Shown here: one piece after another, positions 25,989 to 36,216 of the stretch | How positions within the stretch are numbered: the stretch's first letter is position 1 | Layout of the letters: each line of letters begins with the position of its first letter | DNA from: a virus | Length of the DNA: 37,810 nt | Strand: one strand, 5' to 3' | IMG/VR virus record: IMGVR_UViG_3300014541_000011 | Coordinates: 1 to 37,810 of that record | Program-made: the position numbers and the translations under genes | The notes under the pieces: model-generated | Seen by the model: only the letters and a program-made list of their open reading frames with translations | What the model was told of the DNA's origin: nothing | The model's database searches: none

Positions 25989-27071
25989 ATGGCTCAAAAA
26001 GCACCTAGCGTCATCGTGACGTTTAAAGAACGGGGCATCACGGCCATCCAGCGCAGTCAGCGTGGCATCCTGGCCATGATTCTGACCGAAACCCAACCGC
26101 TGGATCCGCTGACCATCTACTCTATTGACGATATCCCGGAATCCGGGTTGTCCGCTGACAACGTGGAACAGATCCAGCTGGCGCTTAAAGGCTACCAGAC
26201 CAGCCCCAGAAAAATCCTTGTTTATACCATCAAAGACACCACCTACACCGACATTTTGAAAATCCTGGAAAATGTCCGTTTTGATTGGCTTGTAATCCCT
26301 GGCATTTCTGAAGAGAATGCGGAAACCGTGGCATCCTGGATTAAATCCATGCGCACCGTCAAGGATAAGGCCGTGAAGGCCGTCCTGCCCAATGAAGATG
26401 CTGACTTCGAAGGCGTGGTGAACTTCACAAACACCTCTCTTCAGACGAAGAGCAAGACTTATACTGCTGCTCAGTACTGCTCCCGGGTAGCTGGCATCAT
26501 CTGCGGCACGCCCATGACCATCTCCTGCACCTACGCCCCGGCTCCTGAGCTGATCGCCTGCGACAGCTACACAAGCGATGAACGGGATGAAAAGGTGGGA
26601 AAAGGAGAACTGTTCTTCTTTAACGACGGTGAGAAAATCAAGATCTGCAAGGGCGTCAACTCCTACGTGACTACTGTCCAGGGCAAGCTGAACAGTTATC
26701 AGAAAATCAAGCTGGTGGATCTGATGGATATGATTCACGATGATATCAAGCAGACCGGGCACGACTCCTACATCGGAAAATACGCCAACAGTTACGATAA
26801 CCGTTGCCTCCTGGTGACTGCCATCAACGGCTATTTCCATGAACTGGAAAAAGAAGGGCTCCTGGAAGTCGGCCAGAACCTGGCGGAAATTGACATTGAA
26901 GCCACGAAGAACTGGCTGGAAGCAAACGGGAAATACACGAGAGACGAACTGGAAAGCATGACCGATCTGGCCATCAAGAAGGCCAACATTGGCGAGAATG
27001 TGTTCATCAAATCCACAATCTCCATGCTGGATGCCATCGAACACATTGAAGTCAGCAACATCATCCAATAA
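25989..27071 (+). CDS. Tail sheath protein (XkdK-like, short)
   Basis: Position directly upstream of the XkdM-like tube gene. Confidence 0.55.
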   Translation: MAQKAPSVIVTFKERGITAIQRSQRGILAMILTETQPLDPLTIYSIDDIPESGLSADNVEQIQLALKGYQTSPRKILVYTIKDTTYTDILKILENVRFDWLVIPGISEENAETVASWIKSMRTVKDKAVKAVLPNEDADFEGVVNFTNTSLQTKSKTYTAAQYCSRVAGIICGTPMTISCTYAPAPELIACDSYTSDERDEKVGKGELFFFNDGEKIKICKGVNSYVTTVQGKLNSYQKIKLVDLMDMIHDDIKQTGHDSYIGKYANSYDNRCLLVTAINGYFHELEKEGLLEVGQNLAEIDIEATKNWLEANGKYTRDELESMTDLAIKKANIGENVFIKSTISMLDAIEHIEVSNIIQ

Positions 27072-27083
27072 GGAGGGATATAG

Positions 27084-27521
27084 ATGCACGAGGTTGATAC
27101 TCAGCGAGTCGTCTATGGCTCCTATGGCCAGCTCTGGCTGGATGGCGATGAAATCGCCGAAATCATCTCCTGTAAGGCCACTCTGACCGCTCAGAAGACG
27201 GCCATCAAGCGCAGCCGTCACCTGGTTGACGGCTACAAGACCACTGGCTACGAAGCCAAAGGCAGCATCAAGCTGCACAAAGTCAGCTCCTACCTGATCA
27301 AAAAGCTGGCCCCGGCCATCAAGGAAGGGAAACAGGTGAAATTTACGCTAATCAGCAAGCTGGACGACCCCAACGCCCTGGGTGCTGAACGGATTGCCCT
27401 GTATGGCGTGATGTTTGATGCCGTCGACCTGATCAACTGGGAATTGGGCAAGGTAGGCGAGGAAGATCAGAACTTCACTTTCGAAGATTTCGACCTGCTG
27501 GACCTGATTGACGAAGAATAA
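27084..27521 (+). CDS. Tail tube protein (XkdM-like)
   Basis: Pattern LDGDE.A.I...HKTTG...KV.S... and terminal FTFEDFD resemble XkdM. Confidence 0.7.
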   Translation: MHEVDTQRVVYGSYGQLWLDGDEIAEIISCKATLTAQKTAIKRSRHLVDGYKTTGYEAKGSIKLHKVSSYLIKKLAPAIKEGKQVKFTLISKLDDPNALGAERIALYGVMFDAVDLINWELGKVGEEDQNFTFEDFDLLDLIDEE

Positions 27522-27532
27522 GGAGAAAAAGC

Positions 27533-27949
27533 ATGAGCGTACTCGCACTGCTGCTTAATGCAGACGCAAAGAAAATTGAAGAAAAGCAGACTAAAAAGAT
27601 GGAAATCCCCAGGCTCTCCGCAGCCCTGGGGGCTCCTTTTGAATTGGAATTGCAACCAATTGACCCGGAGCTGTATTCCGAGATCCAGGAAAGTGCTGTA
27701 AACCTGGACAAAAAAGGCGGCCTGAAGAGCATCGACACCTATGCACTGTCCGTTCGGACCTGCGTCGAAGGCATCAAGGACCCGTCGATGAAAGATAAAG
27801 GTCTGATGAAAAAATTCGGAGCAGCCTCTCCCAATGATCTGGTAAAAAAGCTGTTCCTGGCTGGCGAAATCAGCGATATTTCTCAGGAAATCAGCAAGGT
27901 CAATGGCTACACGAGCCAGGACGAAACGGATGAAACTGTAAAAAACTGA
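27533..27949 (+). CDS. Tail assembly chaperone (XkdN-like); -1 frameshift at A_AAA_AAC (27938..27944) extends it to 28144
   Basis: Slippery heptamer plus an open -1 frame of 57 codons reaching the tape-measure start. Confidence 0.6.
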   Translation: MSVLALLLNADAKKIEEKQTKKMEIPRLSAALGAPFELELQPIDPELYSEIQESAVNLDKKGGLKSIDTYALSVRTCVEGIKDPSMKDKGLMKKFGAASPNDLVKKLFLAGEISDISQEISKVNGYTSQDETDETVKN

Positions 27950-28126
27950 TAGAGACGGACGGGGAAGTCGAGCGCATGTACTTCCTCTTCCGGTTCCATC
28001 ATATGGACCCGGCCCGGGTTGAACGCATGCCAATCCGGGAGAAACAGGTCCTTTTTTCGTTCGCAGCATACGAAATCGCAGAACGGAACGCAGAAATCGA
28101 ATCTTTGAAGAAAGGAGGGGACGATC

Positions 28127-30184
28127 ATGGCACGAGTCATTGATGCCATCATCCGGCTCCATGACCAATTCAGTCCTGTGCTGAAGAAAGTCAGCAATAG
28201 CCTGACAGAGTCGGAGAAACTGACCAACCGATTCGGCAGGAATCTGAAGAGCATCGGCGGAACGATGTCTTCTGTCGGAGCGACGGTTTCCACCGCTATG
28301 GCGCCCATCATGGCTGCTGCCGCTGCCGGGCTGAAGCTCCACAGCGACTTTGAGCGGGGCATGGCAAAAGTCAGCACACTAGTGGATACAAACGTAGTCA
28401 GCCTTCAGCAGCTGTCCAATGGCATCCGTCAAATTTCCGACGAAACCGGCATGAGCGTGACCGAACTGGCTGAAGCTGAATATCAGGCAATTTCCGCTTC
28501 CGTTGACACGGCCCATGTTACAGACTTTGTCAGGACGGCAGCCATTGCCGCAAAGGCTGGCTTCACCGACACGACCACAGCTATCGACGGGTTGACGACA
28601 GTGCTCAACTCCTACGGCATGAGTGCTGAAAACGCCGGGAAAATCACGGATCAGATGCTCATGACCCAGAATCTGGGCAAAACGACCTTCGGCGACCTGG
28701 CTCAGGGCATTGGTTCCGTAGCCACGGCGGCCAGCCTGGCCAAAGTCAGCACGGACGACCTGTTTGCCAGCATGGCCATTCTGACCAAAAACGGCGTACA
28801 GACGTCTGAGGCATTCACTGGCTTCCAGGGCATCCTGAGCGCTGTGTCCAAACAAAGCCAGCAAACTGTCAAAACAGCTGCAGCCCTGGGGCTGGACTTC
28901 ACACCGGAACACCTAGGACAAGTCGGATGGATCCAGTTCCTAACTGAAGTCAAGGAAAAGGTCGGCGATGATCAGACGGCCATTCAGCACCTGTTCGGCA
29001 GAGTCGAAGCGGCCAATGCTTTCAAGGTCCTAACCAAAGATCTGGGGCAGCTGAAAGACGCACAGAGAGCGATGGGTGACTCCATGGGAGCCACGGAGCT
29101 GGCATTTAACAAGATGCTGACCCCGGCGGAGAAAAACAAAATCGCCATGAACCAGATGAAGAACGCCCTCATGGATCTCCGTGGAGTCGTCGCTCCTGTG
29201 GTCATGGCAACCGCTCAGGCTGTCAAAGCGTTCACCGGTTGGTGGAACGGGCTCAGTGATGGGCAGAAAGCCTTTGCAGTCCATGCCATCCAGGTAGTGG
29301 CAGCATTCGGAGCCATCACTCTGGGCGTAGGGAAAGCCATCAGCGCTGTGGGACGTTTCAGCATATTTATCAACAGATTGCCCCGGACCTTCCGCAACAT
29401 CCGGAGTGCTGCTTCCATCATCGGGAAAGGCTTTTGGGTCATTCCCGGCGCCCTTCGTCTCGTAGGCGGAGGCTTCCTGCGCATGGCTGGAATCGTAAAA
29501 ACGGCCATGAGTGGTATCGCTGCTGCCGTCGCCGCAAACCCGGTTTTCTTCGCCCTGACCGCTCTGGTGATGCTGCTTGTTGTTGTCTACAACCACTGGG
29601 ATGAAATCGTCAGCTACGTCAAGGAGAACTTCCCACAGGTATATGCCGTCGTCACCAGCGTTGTGTCCAACGTCATGAGCAAGCTGGGTGCCCTGATCGA
29701 CTGGATCACGGGGACGCTGATCCCGATGTGGACCAACGGTTGGAACACCATGAAGGCCATCTTCGAAGGGGCCTTTGACGGGATCTCTACGATCGCCCAC
29801 CGGGCGCTGGATTGGATCCTGGACAAAGTGGAAAGCGTCAAGAGCGCTGTGTCCAGCATCCATCTGCCGAGCTTCAGCTTAGGCGGACATGCCACCGGCA
29901 CTATGGGGCTCCCTGGTGGAACGACCTTTATTCACGAACAGGGCCCTGAAATTATGGACCTGCCCACAGGTACCCGGATTATTCCTCATTCCGAATCCCT
30001 TCAGGAGGAATTCAGACGAGGAAAGGACGAAGGGCGGAAAAGCATGGGAGCGGCTGTCTTCAACATCCCGAAGCTGGCTGATCAGATCGTGGTCCGGGAA
30101 AATGCCGACGTCGACCGAATCATGGAAAAACTTGTATTTAAATTGAAGCAGTTCAGCATCAACCGCATGGAGGGGGCGATCTAA
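28127..30184 (+). CDS. Tail tape measure protein
   Basis: 685 aa, helical with a hydrophobic central segment. Position. Confidence 0.85.
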   Translation: MARVIDAIIRLHDQFSPVLKKVSNSLTESEKLTNRFGRNLKSIGGTMSSVGATVSTAMAPIMAAAAAGLKLHSDFERGMAKVSTLVDTNVVSLQQLSNGIRQISDETGMSVTELAEAEYQAISASVDTAHVTDFVRTAAIAAKAGFTDTTTAIDGLTTVLNSYGMSAENAGKITDQMLMTQNLGKTTFGDLAQGIGSVATAASLAKVSTDDLFASMAILTKNGVQTSEAFTGFQGILSAVSKQSQQTVKTAAALGLDFTPEHLGQVGWIQFLTEVKEKVGDDQTAIQHLFGRVEAANAFKVLTKDLGQLKDAQRAMGDSMGATELAFNKMLTPAEKNKIAMNQMKNALMDLRGVVAPVVMATAQAVKAFTGWWNGLSDGQKAFAVHAIQVVAAFGAITLGVGKAISAVGRFSIFINRLPRTFRNIRSAASIIGKGFWVIPGALRLVGGGFLRMAGIVKTAMSGIAAAVAANPVFFALTALVMLLVVVYNHWDEIVSYVKENFPQVYAVVTSVVSNVMSKLGALIDWITGTLIPMWTNGWNTMKAIFEGAFDGISTIAHRALDWILDKVESVKSAVSSIHLPSFSLGGHATGTMGLPGGTTFIHEQGPEIMDLPTGTRIIPHSESLQEEFRRGKDEGRKSMGAAVFNIPKLADQIVVRENADVDRIMEKLVFKLKQFSINRMEGAI

Positions 30185-30909
30185 TGGCGAATGAATTTTG
30201 GAGTGGACTAATCTCCGGCCTGATTTCCGGCAACGTCAATTCCGTGATCCTGAGCGCCAACGGAGACTCCATGACGTTCCCCATCATGCCCGAGACGGTG
30301 GAAACAAGCGTCTCCCAGAACAACGGCACTGTGACCATCAATGCCGATGGAGATTACAACATGCCTGGGAAGACGGGACTCCATGAGATCAGCCTGGATG
30401 GGATTTTCCCGGCTCAGAACTACAGCTTCGTGGATGTTACCCCGGAAAGCCCGGAAGACTATGTTTATCAGCTGGAAAACTGGAGATCCACCGGGCAGGT
30501 TGTTCAGCTGACTGTGCCGGATAGCCCTATCGACCTGCCGTTTCTCATCGAGTCGCTGAAATACGGATACAAGGATGGAACCTACGATATCTATTTCAGC
30601 ATTTCTTTCCGTGAGTACCGCTACATTGCTGGGATCTCCAACGATAAAATCAACGAATTGACCGGGCTGAAATCCCGCCCTGACACCATGGTGGGGACCG
30701 GAGGGATCATCGGCACGACCGCAACCAGCGGAACGGATATGGCAGGGAATATCGGCAGAGCTATCGGCGGTGCTGTAAGATCTGGCACGACGTCTCCCAT
30801 GGGCTGCATCGAAGCCGCCATGAGGGCCTGTAAGAAAGGCGGCGTGAAGCCGGGCGACCTGATCAAGGTCGCTGCATCGGGGGTGATGGTCAATGACCGA
30901 GTCATTTAG
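30184..30909 (+). CDS. Tail protein (post-tape-measure, XkdP position)
   Basis: Position only. Confidence 0.4.
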   Translation: MANEFWSGLISGLISGNVNSVILSANGDSMTFPIMPETVETSVSQNNGTVTINADGDYNMPGKTGLHEISLDGIFPAQNYSFVDVTPESPEDYVYQLENWRSTGQVVQLTVPDSPIDLPFLIESLKYGYKDGTYDIYFSISFREYRYIAGISNDKINELTGLKSRPDTMVGTGGIIGTTATSGTDMAGNIGRAIGGAVRSGTTSPMGCIEAAMRACKKGGVKPGDLIKVAASGVMVNDRVI

Positions 30910-32296
30910 TCTCCTCGATGTAACCACAGGTGTGTACCTCACGCCCTGGATCATTTCCTATGAGTGGTCCGGGGACCTGGAACAGGCAGGCCGGAAGCTG
31001 AACTTCAAAATCGCCTATACAACAAAAGATAATGCTTGGATGAACCCAGCTATCAATCTGGGGGACGAGATTATGCTTTACTGTATCGACCCAACGGCAG
31101 GCGGGCAGTTTGACCTTTTCCACGGGAAAATCTTCATGCAGAGCCGGGAAAGCAGCTCCTACGAGATGGAATTTGTTGCCTACGATAAGCTGATTTATCT
31201 GGCAAAATCCAAATACACGTTGAAATTCTCGGAAGCCCCTGTGAAGGACGTTCTCTCCACGGTAGCCAGCAAGGCTGGCCTGACCCTGGGCCGGGTGGCC
31301 GATGACTTGACCTATACCGTCGATTTTGTGGCCGATGGAATGACCGGCACAGAAATCATCAAAAAGGCTTTAGAACAAGGACGGAAAAAATCCGGGAAAA
31401 GCTATCACATCTATCTGGATGCCCATGACAAGCTGAATGTCGTCAGAGCTGACACGATTATCCAGGGCTATGCCATCACTGATATGACCAATCTGACCAC
31501 AGCCAGCCACAGCGCCAGCATTGAAGACATGGTCAACCGGGTGGAAATCACTGACAAGGACGGACATGTGATCGGGGCTGTGACCAACTCCGACGATGTC
31601 AAAGCCTACGGCACTATCCAGGGCGTTTATAAAGTGGACAACAAGCAGGATACACAGTCCAGCGCCAAAGCCTTGCTGAAAAGCGTAAGCGAGCATAGCG
31701 AGGTGGAAGCCCTGGGCAATATTCAGTGCATCGCAGGATATGCGGTTGAAATCCAGGAAGAGCAGCTGAAAGGCACCTTCTTGATTGTATCTGATTCTCA
31801 TACCATCGAGAAAAACCGACACATGATGAAGCTGACGCTGCGTTATCTGGATCAGGAAGCTAAGCCGAAAATCACGACCGAAGGAAACACATCCGGCGGT
31901 GGCGTTACCATCGGGAACATCGACGAAGGTATGAGCTCCGGGGAAGCTGCCTGGCTGGGGGCGACCATGGACAACGGAACGGAAGGCTGCGTGGAAGCAG
32001 CAACAAAAGTCGGAAGCTATTACAGTCCATTCCTTGCCCAGGAATACTCTAATGGCGTGGTCAATGTCACCACGCTAGCCAATGATGCAGGCTCCAACAC
32101 CATCGACTTTGATGCTTCCCAGCTAGAGAAAGGCGACGTTATCGTTTATGGCGACAATGATCATGTGGTCATTTACGATGGCCAGGGCGGATACATCGGG
32201 AATAGCAGCAGCCAGGATGAAGTAGTACATGGTTCGAACTACAACGAAATGGGCGGGTTGACGCCTACCCAGATCATCAAGACGTCCAGGATATAA
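30893..32296 (+). CDS. Tail hub protein (XkdQ-like) with C-terminal NlpC/P60- or CHAP-like peptidoglycan hydrolase domain
   Basis: C-terminal Cys...His pattern (GCVEAATKVG...DVIVYGDNDHVVIYDG). Confidence 0.5.
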   Translation: MTESFSLLDVTTGVYLTPWIISYEWSGDLEQAGRKLNFKIAYTTKDNAWMNPAINLGDEIMLYCIDPTAGGQFDLFHGKIFMQSRESSSYEMEFVAYDKLIYLAKSKYTLKFSEAPVKDVLSTVASKAGLTLGRVADDLTYTVDFVADGMTGTEIIKKALEQGRKKSGKSYHIYLDAHDKLNVVRADTIIQGYAITDMTNLTTASHSASIEDMVNRVEITDKDGHVIGAVTNSDDVKAYGTIQGVYKVDNKQDTQSSAKALLKSVSEHSEVEALGNIQCIAGYAVEIQEEQLKGTFLIVSDSHTIEKNRHMMKLTLRYLDQEAKPKITTEGNTSGGGVTIGNIDEGMSSGEAAWLGATMDNGTEGCVEAATKVGSYYSPFLAQEYSNGVVNVTTLANDAGSNTIDFDASQLEKGDVIVYGDNDHVVIYDGQGGYIGNSSSQDEVVHGSNYNEMGGLTPTQIIKTSRI

Positions 32297-32308
32297 GGAG
32301 GATGCAGC

Positions 32309-32734
32309 ATGAAGAAAAACCCATACAGCGAACTCCTTGGAATCATGAACGGTGTGGGGAGAAATAACCAGAGCCCGACAATCCAGATCGGGACCATCCT
32401 GGAGCCACCGCCCAACATCAAGGTGAGATACAAGAGCATTATCCTGGAAGCTGCCGAATGTTATATAAGTGAATATCTTCTGACCCAATACAAGAGATTA
32501 GCAGAAGGAAACATTAAAACGATCACTGAAAACGTATCAGGAGGATCTGGTGACGCTCAATATGCAAGCCATGCCCATCCGGTCAATCACTACTACTCAG
32601 AGTCCTGGATTACAACTGATACCCTGAAGCCTGGGGACAAGGTGGCAATCATGCCGTGTGAATCCGAAGATGGCACAAGTCAGACATACATCATCCTGGA
32701 CAAGATCGTCCGTCCGAATCGAGGTGCATTTTAA
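32309..32734 (+). CDS. Baseplate-associated protein (XkdR/DUF2577-like)
   Basis: Position. Confidence 0.35.
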   Translation: MKKNPYSELLGIMNGVGRNNQSPTIQIGTILEPPPNIKVRYKSIILEAAECYISEYLLTQYKRLAEGNIKTITENVSGGSGDAQYASHAHPVNHYYSESWITTDTLKPGDKVAIMPCESEDGTSQTYIILDKIVRPNRGAF

Positions 32735-33192
32735 TGAACCCTTTCATCGCTGGGCCTATCACTCAGACCGCCAAAAGTTACACGGCAAACCTGCCGGAGC
32801 TCCAGGAGTTGGCGTGGGACTTTACCCATGATATTTTCGTCCATGATAATGATGGCCGTTTGAAAACGGTCACAGGAAACGAAGCTTTGAAGGTCTGGAT
32901 CTACAAAGCCTTGAAGACGGAGCGCTACCGCTACATGGCATATCTTTATGGTGAATACAACGCTGAAGGGAACTATGGCGTGGAGCTGGAACGCTTCATC
33001 GGCACCCGGTCAAACAGCGAAATCAGTGCCACAGAGATTAAGAGATACATCAAGGATGGGCTCCTGGTGAATCCCTATATCAAGAGCGTGGACGCAATCG
33101 AGACAACCGTCCGGGATGGAGAAAACCTGACGCTGACGGTCAATTTGACAAGCGTTTACGGCAGTACATCCATCACGGTAGGAGGTGAATAG
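32734..33192 (+). CDS. Baseplate wedge protein (XkdS/DUF2634, gp25-like)
   Basis: Size and position, overlapping stop/start. Confidence 0.5.
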   Translation: MNPFIAGPITQTAKSYTANLPELQELAWDFTHDIFVHDNDGRLKTVTGNEALKVWIYKALKTERYRYMAYLYGEYNAEGNYGVELERFIGTRSNSEISATEIKRYIKDGLLVNPYIKSVDAIETTVRDGENLTLTVNLTSVYGSTSITVGGE

Positions 33193-33194
33193 GA

Positions 33195-34235
33195 TTGTTT
33201 GAAGTACAAAGTAAGGACGAAATCCAGAAACGCATGGCGGCGGACCTTTCCACCATGAATCCCAACAGCACCATCGAGGGGAGCTTCGGCCGTGACGTCA
33301 TCAACGCCACCAGTGTGGAATTTGAGAAAACTTATGCAGAACTTTCTCTGGTGAACCAGGCAGGATTTGCACAAACCTCATGGGGAGACTACCTGGAAAA
33401 CATCGCTGAAGAACATGGCGTCTTTAGACGGGCAGCTGTCCAGGCCATCGGCACCGTCACGGTGACCGGCACTGGGACTGTCTCCCAGGGTGCGCTATTC
33501 CAGACTCAGGACGGAACGGAATTCACGGCAACGGAGACCGTCAAGGTTACCAGCACGGCTGACATCCCCGTGAAAGCGGTGGAGTATGGGGCCAAAGGGA
33601 ACGTGGCCGCCGGGGCCATTACGATCATCCCCATGAGCATCCCCGGCATCACCCGGGTAACCAATGCCAAAGCTACCTATGACGGCTTCGACGAAGAAAC
33701 GGACGACGAGCTCCGAGAACGGTTGCTGTTTAAGGTCCGCCAACCGGCAACATCTGGCAACATAAACGATTACATCGAGTGGGGAAACAGCGTAGAAGGC
33801 GTGGGACACATCACGGTTGTCCCTCTCTGGAACGGCAACGGCACGGTGAAGCTGCTGGTGACCGACTCTAACGGCCAACCGGCCAGCCCGGACCTTTTGG
33901 CCAGGGTGACTGAAAAGGTGGAAACCATGCACCCCATCGGTGCTGACGTGTCTGTCATTGCTCCCTCCGTACTGGGACTGACCATCGCTTTGACTCCCAC
34001 CAAAGGCGGGGGAGATGCCGATGCTATCAAGAAGGTTCTCAACAAGTATTTCTTGAGCAAACAGTACACCGAGAAAAAGGTCTCCTATGCGAAGGTGGGA
34101 CAGCTGATCATTGAGAACAGCAACACGACCCAGGTGGAAGACTACGATAACCTCACCATTAATGGGACGACGGCAAACATCGGCGTGGATACCGACCAAA
34201 TCCCGTCCGTCGTGGAGGTGGTGCTCAATGCCTAA
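33195..34235 (+). CDS. Baseplate J-like protein (XkdT-like)
   Basis: 346 aa. Baseplate_J-like sequence character. Confidence 0.65.
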   Translation: MFEVQSKDEIQKRMAADLSTMNPNSTIEGSFGRDVINATSVEFEKTYAELSLVNQAGFAQTSWGDYLENIAEEHGVFRRAAVQAIGTVTVTGTGTVSQGALFQTQDGTEFTATETVKVTSTADIPVKAVEYGAKGNVAAGAITIIPMSIPGITRVTNAKATYDGFDEETDDELRERLLFKVRQPATSGNINDYIEWGNSVEGVGHITVVPLWNGNGTVKLLVTDSNGQPASPDLLARVTEKVETMHPIGADVSVIAPSVLGLTIALTPTKGGGDADAIKKVLNKYFLSKQYTEKKVSYAKVGQLIIENSNTTQVEDYDNLTINGTTANIGVDTDQIPSVVEVVLNA

Positions 34236-35001
34236 TTTTAAATTGTTAAGGGACAGTGATCCGGACGTCAAAAAGTATCTCCCTCTGTTCCTTATCAACG
34301 ATCCCACCTTCAAATCCTGGCTGGATACCCAGAGCGACGAACATAAGCGCATCTGGACCGACATCATCGACGCCTGGAAACAGTTCTACGTGAATGAAGC
34401 TACCTGGGGGCTGTCTGACTGGGAAGCCTTTTTGGGGATTCCCACGGATGAAAAGCTGTCCTACACAGTGAGACGGGCGGCAATCATCGCCAAGATGAAC
34501 GGGACTCAGACGGTGACTAAAGAGTTTCTGGAACGGACCATCAACAGCTTTACCTCCGATAAATCAAGCCGTGTGGTGGACCATCCAGACCAGTACAGCG
34601 TTGACATCTATCTGCCTAATGGTGGGGTTCTCTCTTTCGAGGAAATGGATAAGGCCATCCGGACTTTCATGCCAGCGCATATCGGCTGGCGATATATATA
34701 TAAAACCTACGTCAACGGCAGCCAGTACATCGGGGCTGTGCTCCGTCCCGCCCGGACCATCATGGAGATGGGCAGGCTGAAAGGTGACAAGCTGACCGGC
34801 CAGAGCGTGCTCCGGCTGGATAAATCCATCGACTACGTAAACGGCGATGGGCAAATCCAGACAACCCCGGATGGAGTCAAGACCAACGCAGTGCTGGATT
34901 CCACACCTACGACCATCAGTCCCTGTTCGTCCGCTCCCATCGGAGCCACAGACGGGATTTTCTACGTCAACGGAGATGGGAACATCAAAACGATTAGTTA
35001 G
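34228..35001 (+). CDS. Tail protein XkdU/DUF2313-like
   Basis: Position after baseplate J. Overlapping start. Confidence 0.45.
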   Translation: MPNFKLLRDSDPDVKKYLPLFLINDPTFKSWLDTQSDEHKRIWTDIIDAWKQFYVNEATWGLSDWEAFLGIPTDEKLSYTVRRAAIIAKMNGTQTVTKEFLERTINSFTSDKSSRVVDHPDQYSVDIYLPNGGVLSFEEMDKAIRTFMPAHIGWRYIYKTYVNGSQYIGAVLRPARTIMEMGRLKGDKLTGQSVLRLDKSIDYVNGDGQIQTTPDGVKTNAVLDSTPTTISPCSSAPIGATDGIFYVNGDGNIKTIS

Positions 35002-35016
35002 AAAAGGAGTGAGACA

Positions 35017-36216
35017 ATGGCAGAATTTCACAATATCACCGTCACCAATGACGGGATGAAGCTGATAGCCCTGGCCAGCGCCATGCAGAAGCCAATTGTG
35101 TTTGACCGCATGGACATCGGGGATAGCAGACCTACGGATGCCAGCAAGGTGGCGTCCCTGACCGCTGTGGTCAACAAGCGCATCGAAGCGACCATCTCCG
35201 ATATCGGAGTGGTCACCAATGCCAATGTCAGCGAAGCTAGATACAGAATCCTGGGCAAATACAGCAACAGCAGCGTGACAACGGGATTTAAGCTGTCCGA
35301 AGTGGGCGTGATTGCCCACGTCGAGTCAAACTACTACCAGGATTCAGGCTGGAACGGCTACGCCGGAGAGAACTTGCTCTTCGGCTATTTTTATGCGGAT
35401 GAGGGGAAAGAAGACTGGCTGCCGTCCAAAGATATGCTCATGGACGATTTGCAGATGGGCGCCTATTTTACGGTCAGCAATGCCACCAGCATTGCTGTCT
35501 ACATCAACGAAGAAGATAACGTTAGCCGCTTCGATTTCAACGTCCATCTGAGCGACAAAAACGCCCACTCCGATGTGATCGGCTGCACAAGCACGTCCGA
35601 CGGCGTTCGAGGATTTGTTCCGAAACCGGAAAAAGGGGACGGGGAAAAATTCCTGTCAGCCGAAGGGAAGTGGAAAAAGGCAAAAATGACCCCCTTAGAA
35701 CTCGTCAATATCCTATATCCAAAGGGCATCATCCTTCCGTTTGCAGACGGTACGAATCCAAATGAGCTATGGCAAGGCACGACTTGGAAGCGCACGTTGC
35801 AGGGTCGTGTTCCTATCGGAGCTGGCGATTACTGGGAGAATGGGAAAAAGTTTAGCTATTCCGTAGGGGATACGGGCGGCGAAGCTGAACACAAACTCAC
35901 TGAGAGTGAATTGGCAAAAATCACGCCTAAAATTGCGTCGTCAACGCTGGCTGTATCTAGGGTTGCACAAATTCATGGGGTCGTCACGAAGTACTCATCG
36001 ACAAACCAATACAAAGATGTTCCGAAAAATGGTTGGTCGGGAACAGTTGTCAGCGGTGAAGAATCGGGCGGAGGGACCAAGGACCACGGAATTGAGGTCC
36101 GCAACGTCCTTGAAACCTTGTCCCCTTCTATCGCAATAGAATCTATCGGTGGCGACGAAAGCCACGAAAACAGGCCCCCGTTCCAAGGCGTTTGTTATTG
36201 GGTTCGCACCCAGTAG
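35017..36216 (+). CDS. Tail fibre protein with C-terminal tail-collar domain (constant part to about 35915, then variable tip V2a)
   Basis: GGAGTGA RBS. Collar-domain motifs ...GEAEHKLTESEL... and a terminal HENRPPFQGVCYWVRTQ. Confidence 0.8.
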   Translation: MAEFHNITVTNDGMKLIALASAMQKPIVFDRMDIGDSRPTDASKVASLTAVVNKRIEATISDIGVVTNANVSEARYRILGKYSNSSVTTGFKLSEVGVIAHVESNYYQDSGWNGYAGENLLFGYFYADEGKEDWLPSKDMLMDDLQMGAYFTVSNATSIAVYINEEDNVSRFDFNVHLSDKNAHSDVIGCTSTSDGVRGFVPKPEKGDGEKFLSAEGKWKKAKMTPLELVNILYPKGIILPFADGTNPNELWQGTTWKRTLQGRVPIGAGDYWENGKKFSYSVGDTGGEAEHKLTESELAKITPKIASSTLAVSRVAQIHGVVTKYSSTNQYKDVPKNGWSGTVVSGEESGGGTKDHGIEVRNVLETLSPSIAIESIGGDESHENRPPFQGVCYWVRTQ

